A stretch of 64,000 bases of DNA from Trichoplax adhaerens (lineage: Eukaryota > Animalia > Placozoa). The stretch lies in the NCBI RefSeq assembly GCF_000150275.1, contig NW_002060943.1, positions 9,704,209-9,768,208 on the forward strand. Reading direction: 5' to 3'. This document shows, one piece after another, positions 1 through 25,408 of the stretch (positions within the stretch are counted from its first letter, which is position 1; each line of letters opens with the position of its first letter). A program made the position numbers and the translations under genes. The notes under the pieces are model-generated. The model was not told where the DNA came from. It was given only the letters and a program-made list of their open reading frames with translations, and searched no databases.

Positions 1-7
1 TTTATTT

Positions 8-151
8 ATACTGTACTGTATTTTATTTACTGTACTGTTGCCGTACAGTATTTCATTCTACTGTACTTTATTTATTCGATTTCTTTTACGGTTATTACCT
101 ACTGTAGAATGTTTTATAATTATAATTGGAATTAAAACCGCTACAGTACAG
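8..151. repeat. Short (TACAG/CTGTA)n pentamer copies upstream of ING3
   Basis: atactgtactgta, tactgtactgt and ctacagtacagt within ~230 bp of the ATG; probably the edge of a larger array left of the window. Confidence 0.6.
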
Positions 152-238
152 TGCGGCATTTGAAACCACATTTTAAAGCACAGGATAATCACATACGAGT
201 ATATGCGCACAGAGCAGTATATCATAGGCTAATTTGGC

Positions 239-1803
239 ATGCTATACTTAGAAGACTATTTAGAACTGATAGAACAGCTTCCAAATGAATTTAAAAGTCG
301 CTTTGCTAAAATCAGGGAGATGGATTTGCAGGTCCAAAACGATATAGATAGCCTAGATACGAAAGTGAAAGACTTCTTTCAAAATGGTCGTAAAGCCAAA
401 TCAGAGCGGAAACAATCTGATTATCTGGATATCAATGGGGTACGTTCGCTCGTGATGCAGTGCAGTGAACTGTTAGCACATATGTGGTAGTTCATATTTT
501 TTAACTATTTTTGTAGCTTTTCTGCAATATAGCACTATACTGCTCTAAGCTGTACTTTTACAACATGCTGCAGTGATTAAGAATTTGGTATTGCACAGAA
601 AACAGATGTAGATACGGGCACAAAAAGTGACATTGCTTATACCGTACACTACCCTATGATTCTGTCAGGACGAGAATTCGTGCGAAATCCTTAGCACTGT
701 GGTACTGTATTCGACTGAGCAATTTTATCTAAATTTTCCTTTTTCTTTAGACCTATCTAAATACTATTGAGGTTGCCGATGAAAAAATCGTAATCGTACG
801 AGAATTGCAGGAGCTCCTACAACGATATACAAAACGTCTTGTTCATGAACTGGAAAAATTTAAAATAGAGCTAGAAGCTGATAATCCTGGCATCACCGAT
901 CAACTAGAGAAACACTCTTTCGAATTCGATCATTGTTGTTCACCACATACTAATTCTACCATCGCTGATATGCGCTTCCATCAGGTATCTACAGCAGGCC
1001 AAAAAAGAAAGCGTGACACTGAGTCAACGATTTCAAAATATAATGGTATTTTAGGTATTAGTAGTAAAAACTCTCCTAGTATATCTAATATAGCGAAGCC
1101 AGCAAACGATATTTCAAATTTTTCTACTCTGCAATCTAAAGTTTATACTAAAGCGAGTTCACCCAGAGGATCGGTACCATACAAATTGAATAGCGTATCT
1201 GGATGCAATAATGCTGCTGTAGAAGCAGCAGCATTCCAAGCTCTTTCAACTACTAAGCAGATGCAACAAGGTATGAAATTGGGAATTAAAGCCAGCCTGT
1301 TAATTCAAAGTTGCAATAGTTTAGATCAAAAGGCAAAATCTACTCTACATAAAGGCAGTCAAGAATTAGCTGAGGATGGCTCAGTTGCCTCGAAAAGTCA
1401 CGAATGTTTTCAAGTGTTGAACAAAGAGTCCACGAAGCAATTGGCGAAAAGAAAAGTACAGCAGAAATACGTAAGTTCAGTCGATAATGGGTATAATTCA
1501 GCAATAACATCAACTCCGCTGGCTGTTGATTCAACGCATAACACAGAAGTAAATGATGAAGTATCAGAAAGGCCTACAACATTAGAGATCTCAGAGTATG
1601 TTGTTGACCCGGATGAACCTCGTTATTGTATATGCAATCAAATTTCGTACGGTGAAATGGTTGGATGTGATAACGACGACTGTCCTATTGAATGGTTTCA
1701 TTATGCATGTGTTGGTATATCTGAGCCTCCTAAAGGAAAATGGTATTGTCCACAGTGTACAGTTAGTATGAAACGACGTAGTGCTAGAAGTGGGCACAAA
1801 TGA
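239..1803 (+). CDS. ING3: Inhibitor of growth protein 3 (ING N-terminal coiled coil + C-terminal PHD finger); 2 exons 239-439, 751-1803, ~417 aa
   Basis: N-terminus [15 protein letters not shown] is the ING3 signature. [13 protein letters not shown] motif. PHD finger [36 protein letters not shown]...[10 protein letters not shown]. Phase-0 GT(440)..AG(750) intron joins the two ORFs in frame. Confidence 0.95.
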
Positions 1804-3643
1804 CGAAATTTATGTATCTTGCTGTATGATATAATTAATAGGCAGCACTGTTTATTAGTTAATTGCTCGATAACATTAACGGAGCAAAATTTTACCTTAC
1901 TACTAACGGTATTGCTGGTCGTAAACCCGAGCTAACGATTCATAATTTCCAATATAAGCTATGACTTGTACCTACCTTATTCCCTTAAATACTGTAGTTT
2001 TTATATATATTTATGAATTTAAAATTGGACAGTTATTATTCCAAATAAAGTTACTATATCATTATAATTAATTTAAAATCAACTATTTCTTTACATTCAA
2101 AGCGAAAAGCTTTCTTGTTTATAGAAGTGAAATCAAAATCTTTGTTGATTTGAAATGTAAAATTACATTTACTGGCCGTTAGAAAGATTATGTCTATTAC
2201 AGTACACACGTATTAGACCTGGGAATTATTTGATAGAGTTCCAGTATGTTACTCCAGTTTACCGTGTAAACGTAATAGTTCTGAATCTAAGATTCTTGAA
2301 AATTATTTCTGCTTATGAGTGTGATAACGCGGGTAAAGTTGACGCACTTTGCTTGTATGTACGGTAATCACAGTACAGTATTAAGCTTTATGCATTCAAA
2401 TAACATTGTTGTGTCGTTGCTGTTCGAATGCAGATTTACCGTATGTAGTAACTGATATGGCACAATTTCAATGCTTGCAGTTCTAAATTATTTGATAAAA
2501 AGGTATACACGAATTAGTATCTACTTTAATGTAAATATATATTCACTTACCGTCTTAGGCGTTATTTTGAGGAAAGAATTCTGTTAAATTTCAGAAATTA
2601 AATCAATTCAGTAGAAGTATTCTTTATTTTCATTCTATAATACTTTAATACATAGACGTTGTGAATGATTGATAATTCGACTAGGTTACTTTAACTTAAT
2701 TTATATAAGGGAGGGAGATGCTCAAAACTTCAGGTTCACGTTTTGCTGCTAAAATTAAATTGGCTAAATGATTGAGAGTAGATAAACGTTTATTAGTTAA
2801 CAGTTAAGTTTTAAGCCGACACAGAGATATGATCCAGCCTCGTAACCTATAGATAAGTGTAAATGTACGTCTACAATACAAGTATTTTATTCATTCGCAA
2901 TATCCCACCTCACCCCAGATACACACACTCAATAAAATCCGGTAAGTTTTATGTACTTTCTCAGAGTTTCTCAAGTTGGGGCTCTGAAAGCTGTTGTGTA
3001 CTAAAAGAGTGACAGCAGTACTCATACACGTTTTTTACTGCCGTACATGTTATACTGTAGTGCAGTACTATATAGAGTTGTAATGTAACTTAGTATTGTG
3101 ATTGTAGACTGTTAGCCATGTTTAGTATAATGTACGGTAACGTAACTTCTATATTTGTCCTAAGAGATATTTGGTAGCCATAACTATAGACTGTAGTGGT
3201 ATAGATTCTATGCCAGAGTATAGATGACTATATGCAGTAAGGTGTTGCTTTACTAATAAGGTTATAGGTAAAAATAGAACTGTAAATCATATATTAGTAT
3301 ATGGTTATTTCAGTGTACTTTGGCTGGTGTGAATAATGTCTACATAAATACTATAGTCGTATCCATATCGGATTAATGTTGGTCCGCAATAGAATAGTGT
3401 TACTAAGAATAATTTAACTATGTGTAAAATAAGGCAAAAGGTTGCCATGCGGATTGTAGCTGCGAATGCTAAGAAAAGTATAAAAACATGCAACCTTAGA
3501 TTATTCTGTTAGTTCGTTCTAGAAGTCTTTAGTAGTAGTATTCGGCTAGAGTAGAGCTGTGTGTAGTTAATCTTTGTATAAGATTCAATAAAGCCCTTAT
3601 TTTTCTAAAAATTTGGAATTTCGTAATTGGTATATATCACAAG

Positions 3644-3765
3644 AGTATCATAATTTATATACAGTGCGAAAATCGTATAGTTAAATTAACTAAAATATTA
3701 TAACGAGAATGAGAATTTACTGTGTGTCTGTTAAGACTACCCAAAAGCAACATTTAAAATTTAAT
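3644..3765. repeat. Dispersed repeat copy A (inverted homolog of 34150-34268)
   Basis: Collinear blocks agtatcat..tatatac.gt.cgaaaatcgta..tgagaattta..gtgtctgt..ttaagactac..aaagcaa.att.aaaattt are shared with the reverse complement of 34150-34268. Confidence 0.65.
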
Positions 3766-5643
3766 CAACCTATTATGTTATAGTGATCGGAATTGTAATA
3801 ATCAGATTGAGTCATATGCATATTAAGTATACTCAGTACGAAGTGACAGCGATAATGTAAAGTAAAAAAGTGCAAGTACTGAGACTGTATACTGTACAGT
3901 ACACGAAGTATAACGAGTGCGGTGGATCTAATAGTAATTTAGAATGACCAGCAGCATTAACATTTTGTACTGTATATTGTATCTCTTCTGATAAACGTGC
4001 AGTGCTTCGATGAACGGTACATGACTGGTGCAGTAACATGAGAACTATTAAAAGTAATTTACAACTAACGAATTTAAGGGAGAAATCAGCAATAATTATA
4101 GCTTTGAAGATGTACAAACACATGCAGAGAATAAGATTGTCGAATTAAATAAGACACACATCATAACAGTCTATGTAATTGCAAATGGTAAATGGTTGAG
4201 AGAAATGGCGAAGACTGTAAGTACTATATTTATAAATAACTTACCGTTAAGCATGCATCTAGTGCAAAGGAATGAAATGGTACTCTTTTATTTTATGAAT
4301 ATGATAGAATGACAATGCAGTTTTTATTAAAAAATTTCATTTTAGTACTAGCTATACCCGCACTACCGTACTTTGCTTTGAATCATATCATTAAATTTAT
4401 GAAGCACTAAATGCGCTGCTATTTCTCAATCAAGCAATCATACCGTCTAATGAATATTTTACAATATATCTAATCACTAATAATTTATAATTAATGAAGT
4501 ATAATCCTTCACGAATCTGCTCAAGGCGCCCGTTGATCTACTATAATCTATTCTGTTTAAGATTTCGCATAAAAGCAGCTTGGCAGAAACATTTAAAACC
4601 TAATTAACATGGCCTATTTATCTTAGGATATGGATACAGGCTAATACAATTTGTCTCATTAAAGTTAGCGCTTGCTAGATACAACCTAGATCGATATCCC
4701 GATCGTTGGATGGCCTTATTGAATGTAAAATAACGACGATCACCAATTGTCAGTATGTTAATAATTAAATGTTCTATTCACTACTATAGAGCACTTTCTT
4801 AGCTCTCATTGTACTTAATACTATAAATTTTTTGTTGAATGATTCAACTGTTGATTAGTTAATTTGCAGAAACTTTAAAGTAACCGTAATTAAGTGATAA
4901 CAATATCCAACAACATAGAATTTCGTAATTCTAATACCATATAGCCTAGTAATTAAGATGTTTAACAGCTTTAATATATAAGAAACGAAACAACTTATTA
5001 GGATCGTTCGGAATACAACGTTTAATGGTAGTATTTTCTCTTTGGATTGACTCAAAAGTTTTGTAAATTCGCGGATTTGCGTTATAATTATTACGCAGTT
5101 AATGATTAAAAATTAAAAGCCACAGACTGACTTTAGCAATTGCTGAGCTAGCTGATAATTACAACATTAACAGTTGATTCGCTATAATAATTATAGCTAC
5201 TCTGCTTAACTTCTCTTTGTGTATTGCATTTATGTGGCATAAACAAAGGTAATAATGACTATGTTTGCATTAACTGTAATCAAGATCACTGAATGCATAT
5301 ACTTTACCTTTAATAAATTGGACCAATACAATAATTTATTATCTTAATACCTTAAACAGATTCAGATTAAGACTCTTTAAAACGGTACAGTGGAGCTGGC
5401 TTAACAATGCAAGGCATTAAAATTAGAGCATAAAATAAACTTTAAAAGAATCGGCCTATACAAAAATATTATAAATCAAGCACTAGTAAAATCATTAGTA
5501 AATTAGAGACCCATTGTCTGTAATGAAGTTTCCACAAACTTCTTCTACGAATCAAACTATTAACGTGCATCAAATATATGGCTTTAAAAAGATCTTAATA
5601 AAATTATCGGTTATCAAATCAATAAAAAATTTTGCTTGCAAGA

Positions 5644-13035
<7,392 letters not shown>

Positions 13036-13451
13036 CTTCTTGATATCATTAACGTATAGTAGTTACGATAAGAGCAGGCGAGGTATCCGCTATATCCGCT
13101 ATAGTACAGTATCAACCAGACAAGGAAGGCACTTGATGCCTACTGGCTATTCCAGAGTGGCGAAATTAAATGGCATGATGGGTACCCTGAAAATATAAAT
13201 TACGATTTGTACGTATTACATTAGATGAAACTCTTTTTAAGTTAATCGCATCCGCAGTACCAGAAGCCAAACGAATTCAAATAACAGTAAAGCTGAAGAA
13301 GGTTGTAGTTTATCAAACTACCCTGGATATACTGTACAGTATGGGTGTCAAAATCAAGAATGGATTAACCGTAAAATTAAAATTAACTGGAAAATTATTA
13401 AATTATTATTACTGCAGTGTGAATCTTTGATCAGTCAGGAGATTCAGAAAT

Positions 13452-13802
13452 TGTAGTACTGTACTGTACTGTACAGTACTGTACTGTACTACGGTAAATA
13501 TTCTACTGTACTGTACTGTACAGTACTGTACAGTCTACCCTACTATAATGTACTGTACTGTACTGTACATCACCGTAGACGCTACAGCGTAGAAGCATAC
13601 TGTACACTGTACAGTACAGCACGATACAGTAGTGGTCCACTACCACTCTACAGTACAGTACAGTTACTGTGTTCCGCGCTTTAAAAATGATGTACTGTAC
13701 TGTACTGTACCATGTCCTGTCGCATCGATAATGATTTTAACGGTGTACGGTACTGTACTGTACTGTGCTGTACTGTACTGTACAGTTGATAGTACTGTAC
13801 TC
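13452..13802. repeat. (TACTG)n/(CAGTA)n palindromic pentamer array between divergent RPTP and CHCHD4
   Basis: e.g. gtactgtactgtactgtacagtactgtactgtact; frequent orientation switches centred on GTAC. Confidence 0.9.
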
Positions 13803-14537
13803 ATATTTAGTTTTTAGTTTAGTTTTTATTCATTTTACAGTAATTCTGAATGTAAGTCGTTCCTTTATTTTGTTCATTTTGGACGATGTCGTACTGCAGA
13901 AAAGAAGGTATTTCACACTGATTTCTTTTCTTCTTAGAAATTATCTTGACAAGTAGCTTTTATGAATGAAATCTAAATCATGGCTATGTTTATACTGCGT
14001 TTTAATGTAAACTTTTACGGTTTTACGAGTAGTAATCTGAATCACCATTTGCAGTTAGCAAGCGCGTGCACACCTGCTGCTGTTCAGTCCAGCGTCTGTG
14101 CAGACCACTGCTGCAATATTTAGGGCAGTTACATTGAATCAATTTGCTTTAGATAGCATCTACGTGATTAAGTTCTCTTACTTTAAATTAAATTAAATTA
14201 TAATTCAACTCTTAGAATTATACCATTACCTTTCTTACCTGTATAATAACTTAATTATGCATTTTTGGCTGACCACATCAATGCGGCGCAGTACAGTACG
14301 CATATTAATGATACGGTACTCGTATTTTACAGTGTGTATACCAGTATAAAAGTAATAATATTCTAAACATTATATTTATGTACGCATAAAAGTACGGTTT
14401 GCAACTTATTGGATATAATTCTTACAGTGTCCCTCTTATAAATATATAATTATGATTAATTAATAATAGCATTACTTAGAATTTACTAAAGGCTTATGCC
14501 AATTTGATAGTCATAAAAATCAAAAGCGAATGAAATT

Positions 14538-15004
14538 ATGTACATTGTAGCAAATACACGCGTATTGGAGCATGCTTGTCTTAATGGTAACAACGTATTA
14601 TTTATTAATATGACTTTAGTTCTGTGACTAAGTCCTCGGTATTGAAGTATCGTTTATTCTATTTACATACTTTGCTTTAAGAGAAAGACTATATAATATT
14701 TACTACTACTGAGGAGCTAACGTCACCCAGCCAAATAGAGAAAGTTTCTCCTGATACTGAAGATATTGATGGAATTATTACGCCAGAAGGTGACATCAAT
14801 TGGGATTGTCCATGCCTAAATGGAATGGCTGATGGTCCATGTGCTGAAACATTCAAGAGTGCTTTTACATGTTTCTTCTACAGTGAAGCAGATCCAAAGG
14901 GATCAGATTGTATTGAACAGTTCAAATTGTTTAGCCAATGCACCATAGAATCTTCAGATTCAAGCAACTTGGAACACAATAAAGCTAATGATGATGTTAA
15001 GTAA
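14538..15004 (+). CDS. CHCHD4: Mitochondrial intermembrane-space import oxidoreductase Mia40/CHCHD4; main exon ~14682-15004, short first exon probably 14538-14586 (start uncertain)
   Basis: Hand translation KDYIIFTTTEEL...GIITPEGDINWDCPCLNGMADGPCAETFKSAFTCFFYSEADPKGSDCIEQFKLFSQC...DDVK*. It has the CPC redox motif and twin CX9C. Acceptor AG at 14680-14681. Absent from the ORF track. Confidence 0.92.
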
Positions 15005-17803
15005 TGCCACAACAGTTGTGAAATGTCTTGCTGGCTAATAAAGATACCGCATAATATAATGTAAAATAATTATACGAATTACAGCTCTCATAGTATCGAT
15101 AGTCCAGTATGCGTAAAATAGAGAGCTAAAGGTAGCATAAAATGTTACTCTTTATATAATCTTGGTATAATCTTATTTGTTAAGCGGCTGAATTCCAAAG
15201 GTAGAAATTAATACGTAAGCCATCGGATCATGTACGTCATTTAATTGCAGAAAATTGGGAGCAACTTCACCAGAGGAGCATATTCTAGAAACATTTCGTC
15301 TATGCACAGATTCTATTTTTAATAGTGGTATAGTGTACTGTTGTTTGAATATTTTACATGCTGAAACTTTGCTAAATTCGCTTGTACACTTTTAAATATA
15401 ATCAATTTATTGTACTGCTCCTCCCTACAACATACAATAATATCTCACTTAGCGCGGCATTTACAAAATAAGAATGATAGCCTAGCCGGCGATTATCTTT
15501 CCGAGATATTAGAGTATGTACAGTACTATATATAAATTGCTGAACTTATTCGAGAATGTTACTAAACTAAAGTTACTCGCCGATTTATATAGATTGCAGT
15601 AATTTCAGCACAAAGAATATTATTTAGCATTTGCTGTCACTTGTGTGTTACTAAACTTTCTTACAATAGCCTTTAGTGTGTTGAGAACTATGAATAATTT
15701 ATTTTATGATTGAGTTAAATAATCGCTTTGTTACATCTGTATGTAACAGCTTTTTATTTACTGTAAATTTTCTCGTTACGATCTTGAATGTAGAGAAACT
15801 AGATATCGTATAGCTATTACAGTAAAGTCGGCGGAAATCTCACTGCTGTTAATACTAAAGTGATGGTATAATCAAATCAGAATATGCCTCCGAATAAGGT
15901 TCTGCACAGCATTTACATCAAAACTAGATTGCAGTAGGCAGAAATCGTAATTACTGTACCATAATACATTTTTTCAACTTACTTCATGTACGTTATATGA
16001 GAAATTACAGTATAATGTAGTAATAAATGACAGTTTATTAATTTGATTTAAAAAGGTCCAGCTTTGAAGTTAAAATCTAAGAAGCAAGCATTTAGATAAC
16101 GCCTCACACTCAGAGCTAAAATTTATGGTCTTATCAGTTTTATACTGTATGATCCACCGATATCCTCATAGAATTGTAGAACCTGAGAATTAATAATAAA
16201 ATTTATTGTAGTATTTGATATACTATACGATTCTGTGCACGGTATTGAGCATTCAAATTATGATTAGTAGTTTCTCTGTGTCAGTTGCATCATGAAAGAG
16301 CCTCTTCTTAGCTAGCCATGTATTCATTGTATGCATATTAAATTTTCACAACCCAAAAGTCTAATAGCCTACTATTACTACCATACAGCTACTATTGTAC
16401 AATATTCCCATCACAGCGGATACGGTAATCGGCACTTTTCCTGAATATAAGTACATATGTATTAACAAAATTCTGTTTAAGAAAGCTATAAATCTTTTCA
16501 AATTGTTAACTTCTAAATGAATTTATTAACTGCGCTCAATACGGTATTTAATCTTAAATTAACCGCTGTGCTTGCAATAGAAGCATTTTCATAACTGTTG
16601 TGTTATAATACTGCACGTTTGCAATAGGCATATTGTCTCCATAGTACTCTACAGTATATTGCGTCTATCAGTACGTTGTAACCGGCGCACTACTGCGATC
16701 GCAAACTATACAGTATTACTGACTGTAATTGATCAGCTGGGTAACAGATTTAGGGATAGGATATATGATAAAGTAATTCTTTAGCACTAAGAATGCATAA
16801 CATACAGAGCTCCGGTACCTTCTTAATTAGATACTGTAGTTCCTTAACATATATGCTAAATCGTAATTTTTATATTTTAAAACTGCTATTGCCTCAAGTG
16901 AAAGTATAAGCTACTAAAGCAATCTTGATAATCATAATTTTTATACCACAGAATATAGATAAACCGAATAATGCTGTAATACGGTGTACATCATGTTATC
17001 AATTTCCCTTCTAGAAAAAGGCAGATATCCGAGATGCTAAAAGTATGTATTTTACATATCGTAAATGTGTCTTTGTCATTTGAGGTATCAAAGTATACAG
17101 TACTACGGATGCCTTGACCTTGTGCAAGTGTTGAAGTGCATCCTAGCCAGTTGCGCTCCAGAGAAGCACAGTAAATACGCACGTAGAACAACTTCAGTCA
17201 ATTAAAAGACAATCAGAAAATGAATCTACGAGATAAACATTATACAATGAATATATTTGTGTAACAGAGCATATCTGAAATTAATCCAACGTTTACGTGC
17301 TTCATGCCTTGATGTTAATTTGCCTTATTAAACGAATTATACAGTTATGATGTATTGTTTATTATATGAAACTGTCCTCTCAAATTTCAGGATTTAGTCA
17401 CTTGTAAAAAGATTTTTGGCTAAACTTTCGTAATATTAGCAAGGACAACTAATATCATCTTTTTTAGTATGTATATAATTTTCTACAAACGATATCGGTA
17501 AATAGAAGAGGTCCATTTAAACATGTACATTATAACGGTTAACCTTATTTCCATAATAAGAAAACTATGCTTAAAATCGTGTTGGAGAAAATCCAATAAT
17601 TATTAGCCGCATAAAAATAGTACGTCATCAAAGTTTCCTGTTACTACTTAAGTTATCCTGTAATAACTTAAATTAATACTACAGTACGCAGTAATACTGT
17701 AGGTTGTAATACCACTTTCAGAATACCGCAACATATACGAGTAAATGGTTATTGGAATGCAGTAGAACAATGTGGTATTCCAAGTTTTCTTTACATGATC
17801 TTA

Positions 17804-21384
<3,581 letters not shown>

Positions 21385-21527
21385 CTTGGTTTCATACGAG
21401 CGGTAGCTTGTTCTTTAATACAATATAAAATAACTAAATTCAACAACTGCACCTCTGTATCAACTATCCAAAAAGAAAGGAGTGCACGGTCAGTGGCAGA
21501 GACTTCGAAAAAACTTCATAAAGTTTA

Positions 21528-22770
21528 CTACAGTACAGTACTGTATACCGAACTGTACTGTAATGTACAGTACGGTACTGTACTCGATTGTCACACTCTT
21601 GACATTGAGGTACTGTACCGTACTGTACAGTACAGGACAATACTCTCTAATAAGGGTCTCTACTGTACACTGTACAGTACAGTACAGTACCGTGCACATT
21701 GCCGGCGGATCGTGTTTACTGTGCAATAGTGCGTATTTTCGTTCGATGCCATACTAAATGCTTAGCACGCTCCTGGATTTAAAGCACATAACTAGACAAC
21801 GTAATGAGCTTGAGCCAGTACGACGATTTACATTGGATTCTCGATTCAATACGAGCATTCGGAGCTTATAGAATGCTCGGTACTGAAGAAGAAAATGCTT
21901 CACTTATTTATATGTACAGTATACAGTATAACCATGCATAAACTCTGCCTACTGCTGCCGTGTCGTCGAAATTAGTCTAAACCTAAAATCTAAAAAAATA
22001 AATAAATAAAACACTCCAAAAATAAAATTTAATACTACTGTACTGTACAGTACAGTATGTGCAATTGTACGTACAGTATGTACTCTACAGTACTAGTGTC
22101 GGGAAGCTGTACTGTACCGTGTGCGGCAGTCTGTGACGATGACTTAAAGCAGTTAAAGGTACAGTACTGTACAAGTGTACATACAGTATACTGTACTGTA
22201 CTGTATAGTCAGAGGCTACTCGAGCGAGTAGTAGTCTCTGGTATAGTCTACCATACAGTACTGTAGATGCGCTGATCTCATAAACGTGTACAGTACTGTA
22301 CAGTAGTGTACTTTACATTGTACTGTACTGTACAGTACAGTGTACTCTACCTTACCACAGTACTGTACTGTATGTACTACTGCATTGTTCAGTACTGTAA
22401 CGACTTGTCGCTTCGAGCAGAGTGAGTACTGTACAGTACAGTACAGTACAGTACAGTGTTGTGCAGTGGAGTAAAAAATGAACCCGAACACGATACAACC
22501 CGAGCAAATTGTTGATTTTCTAACCCGAAATAAGTGCAATCGCTACACAAACACTGTATCACCACAGAAATTTTTAACCCGAATCCAGCCTTCGAGTCGG
22601 GTTTTGGGTTGACTTTGTACATCCCTGGTACTAATAGAGTGGTAGTACGTACGTAAACTGTACAGTACAGTGCTGTACACTGAGTGGTAATGTACAGTTA
22701 CAGTACGTCAATAACATACATAAGAAACCACTAGTGCACATTTATGGCTCATAGCTTTACAGTACTGTAC
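21528..22770. repeat. (TACTG)n/(CAGTA)n arrays (dense 21528-21692 and 22033-22456, tail to ~22770) between divergent SLC35C1 and LRIG
   Basis: Directly visible tandem cagta/tactg units; they produce the spurious YCTVQYS-type ORFs in the track. Confidence 0.9.
22454..22627. mobile_element. Candidate non-autonomous hAT-like MITE (~174 bp)
   Basis: Imperfect TIRs CAGTGTTGTGCA / reverse complement CAGGGATGTACA (9/12). Four AACCCGA subterminal repeats and an inverted TCGGGTT near the right end. Flanks gtacagta / gtactaat give only a partial 8-bp TSD. Confidence 0.4.
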
Positions 22771-25408
22771 TATAATTTGGGTTCTCACCGCGGATCGGAC
22801 TTAAAATGATTAAGAATAAAAAGTAATTGCAACCTCGTTATTTATAAACAATACAACCTGACCCTTTTTCAGTAACATACGCAAAAGAGGTCAACTAATT
22901 ATAGATATACACTATGTATAAACAATAATAAAGTTAATCTACAAAATTTTACTTTTTATCTTTTCGCTGCCTTCCTGTCTGCTTCCTAGTAGGCGACGAA
23001 TAAATTTGCGATTAAAAAGTAGGATAAAAAAATATGCCATACTATATTAGACTATCTACAGTAAAACAAGTGAAATTCTATCCATAGCACATAAAATACA
23101 GCTGATATAGATAAAATTTTATATCCGCAATCCTTTATTATTGGAAGCTTTTTCAAGTCTTAAATGCCAAAAAAAACTTTGTGACGTTAACTAATCGTAA
23201 ATAAGGTCTGAAAAATTTATAGATTTTACTATCTGGCGTTGAAAGTAAATGATCAACAGTTGAAATTTAATAGCCTTTGCAATCGAATAAATCACCTAGA
23301 TTAATATAAATAAACCTACATAAAGATATTACATGTTACAGCAATCCTTAGTTCCATTTATAGTAATGAAGATCGACGCTTAACAAGCATTGTAATTTTT
23401 AATCGATATAGGTTTCAAAAGTGGCTGATAAATATTGAACATTAAATATCAATGCTGTGTTGAAATTTATATATATACAGTATAGTATAATAATTAAAAT
23501 TCTTTTTATTACGCTTGTTATCAAGGCGTTGCTAATTCATTCAGGCAATGTACTTAAATATTATCAGAATGGGATAATGATTAATTATCGATCTCCAGTC
23601 GATCTAATTTTATATAATTTTTATCAGTAGATGCGCACGTTACAAGTATAAAAGATTAAAACTAGTAAGTTGTGATTTCATATTCATAGTCATACGACGA
23701 TGTATACAAAGTTTAGTCTAAGATCACTGATAATATTACGGCAATCCTTTACTCTGGTTTTTATCCGGCTTAGACCACATGGCTCCCTTTTAAAATAGTA
23801 ATTCAATCTATTCCGAATTGACAAAATCTAATGAAAATTCAGAATCTAAATAATTATAATTATTACTATGCCACATAATTTTCGCGCATTACATTAGAGA
23901 TGTGCTGTGATACCTGTGATACTGTACAAGCGAACAGTTAATTCGTAAGCTTAACAAATCATGTTTTTGTAATGTCTACAGTCATGGAAAGCGTTTGAGA
24001 GCAATACTAAATATGCACCAATGTTCCTTTCCCTCACTTATGGGATTGGCCAGTTAAGGCACGGACTAGTTAAAAATTCGATTTACACAAAATAACATAA
24101 TACGCGCTTTTAACCAAATCTGAATAATAAGTCAATTCTTCTCCAGCGCATTAAGACGTTAAGTTAACTCTTTTCGAAAGTTTAATGCCCGTTGCATAGA
24201 ATAAAGGTCCCTTGAATAATTATAATCAAGTCATATTTTGAAAGTCTCATACTAACATTAAGGCTTAGGATTCTTATCCTATCGTTAACTTTTATTCAAG
24301 TATTTTAGAGAAGTATTTTTAAAGAGAAAATGCACATCTTTGTTACGTAAAAACAAAGCCATTTAAATAAAGTGTACAGCATTTGAAAGTAGTTAAACTG
24401 ATGCTGTTAAGAATTTATTCTTTACCCCGTTTCAGGTGTAAGATCAAGTCAATCAGGAACGTATTGTACAAATTTACAAATGAGGATAATTGTAATATAT
24501 ACCGTACCTCTAGAGTACTGCCTGTGATATCAGAGGACATAGTAGTGATTACGATCTAAAAATTAAAATGGAAATGGCAAATCAAATTCTTAATATATAT
24601 CGTTTGTTAAATTAAAACTATGAAAATGAGTTTACGAATAAATCTGAACAAAAATCGTTCATTTTCTTATAAGGAAGTCCTTATAATTTTATGTATGATG
24701 TAGTTTATTATTTACTTAAATATCCATGGATCAACTGGTTTTGCGACAGAGTAAGTCGCTTATTGTAATTATCCCTACCCTATCTATGTAATTTATCCAG
24801 CTTATTTACAAATAATCTCAAATATATGGAGAGTTTAATGGATTAATTAAATAATACTCCTCGGAAGATAGCGGTCATTTACGTCCATGTTGTACAACAT
24901 AATAGAACTTTGTAGTGCCTTATGCGTAAACAATGAAACTATCAATCACTGACATTATCGCTTTGTAATTTGTAATTACTTGTTAAATTATCCAATCATC
25001 ACATTTGAAAAAATAAATGATGCCATAAGTAAATTCTGGTTGGTCGTTGTCCTCTACGCCATAATGGAGGTGGGCGTTAACGTTATCCTTTAGAAATCTC
25101 CGACGCGATTCTAAAAGATCCTTACGGTAGTTACCGATCATGTATTTTTTTATCATAAATCGTACCGAAACTTTCCATTATATTTCAAAGTCCTAATCCA
25201 TACTTGAATTACTAAAAAGTTGAAAATAACTATCTACACCGTGAAATTTGGTTAATAGAACTTGTTCAGTTGTTTTTTTTACAGTTCGTTTAGCATCAAC
25301 GATATTGATCTCTAGGTCTGAAAGTGATAAATTAAAATAAAAAAGCAAAAAATAAATGTAAAATACAGCTTTCTCCTAATAAAGTATGTCAGCAACTGAG
25401 GAAAAACA

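Noticed and set aside
1804-5643. Short ORFs in the ING3-RPTP gap and other convergent gaps
   Set aside because: AT-rich low-information peptides with no motifs or consistent splice chains.
21700-21760. Possible tRNA (GTTCGA T-loop-like motif)
   Set aside because: No acceptor stem, D-arm or anticodon arm could be built.
21482-22622. ORFs rich in Y/C/T/V/L/Q/S on both strands (also 13632-13956 and 55387-55581)
   Set aside because: They are translations of the stop-poor TACAG/CTGTA microsatellite, not proteins.
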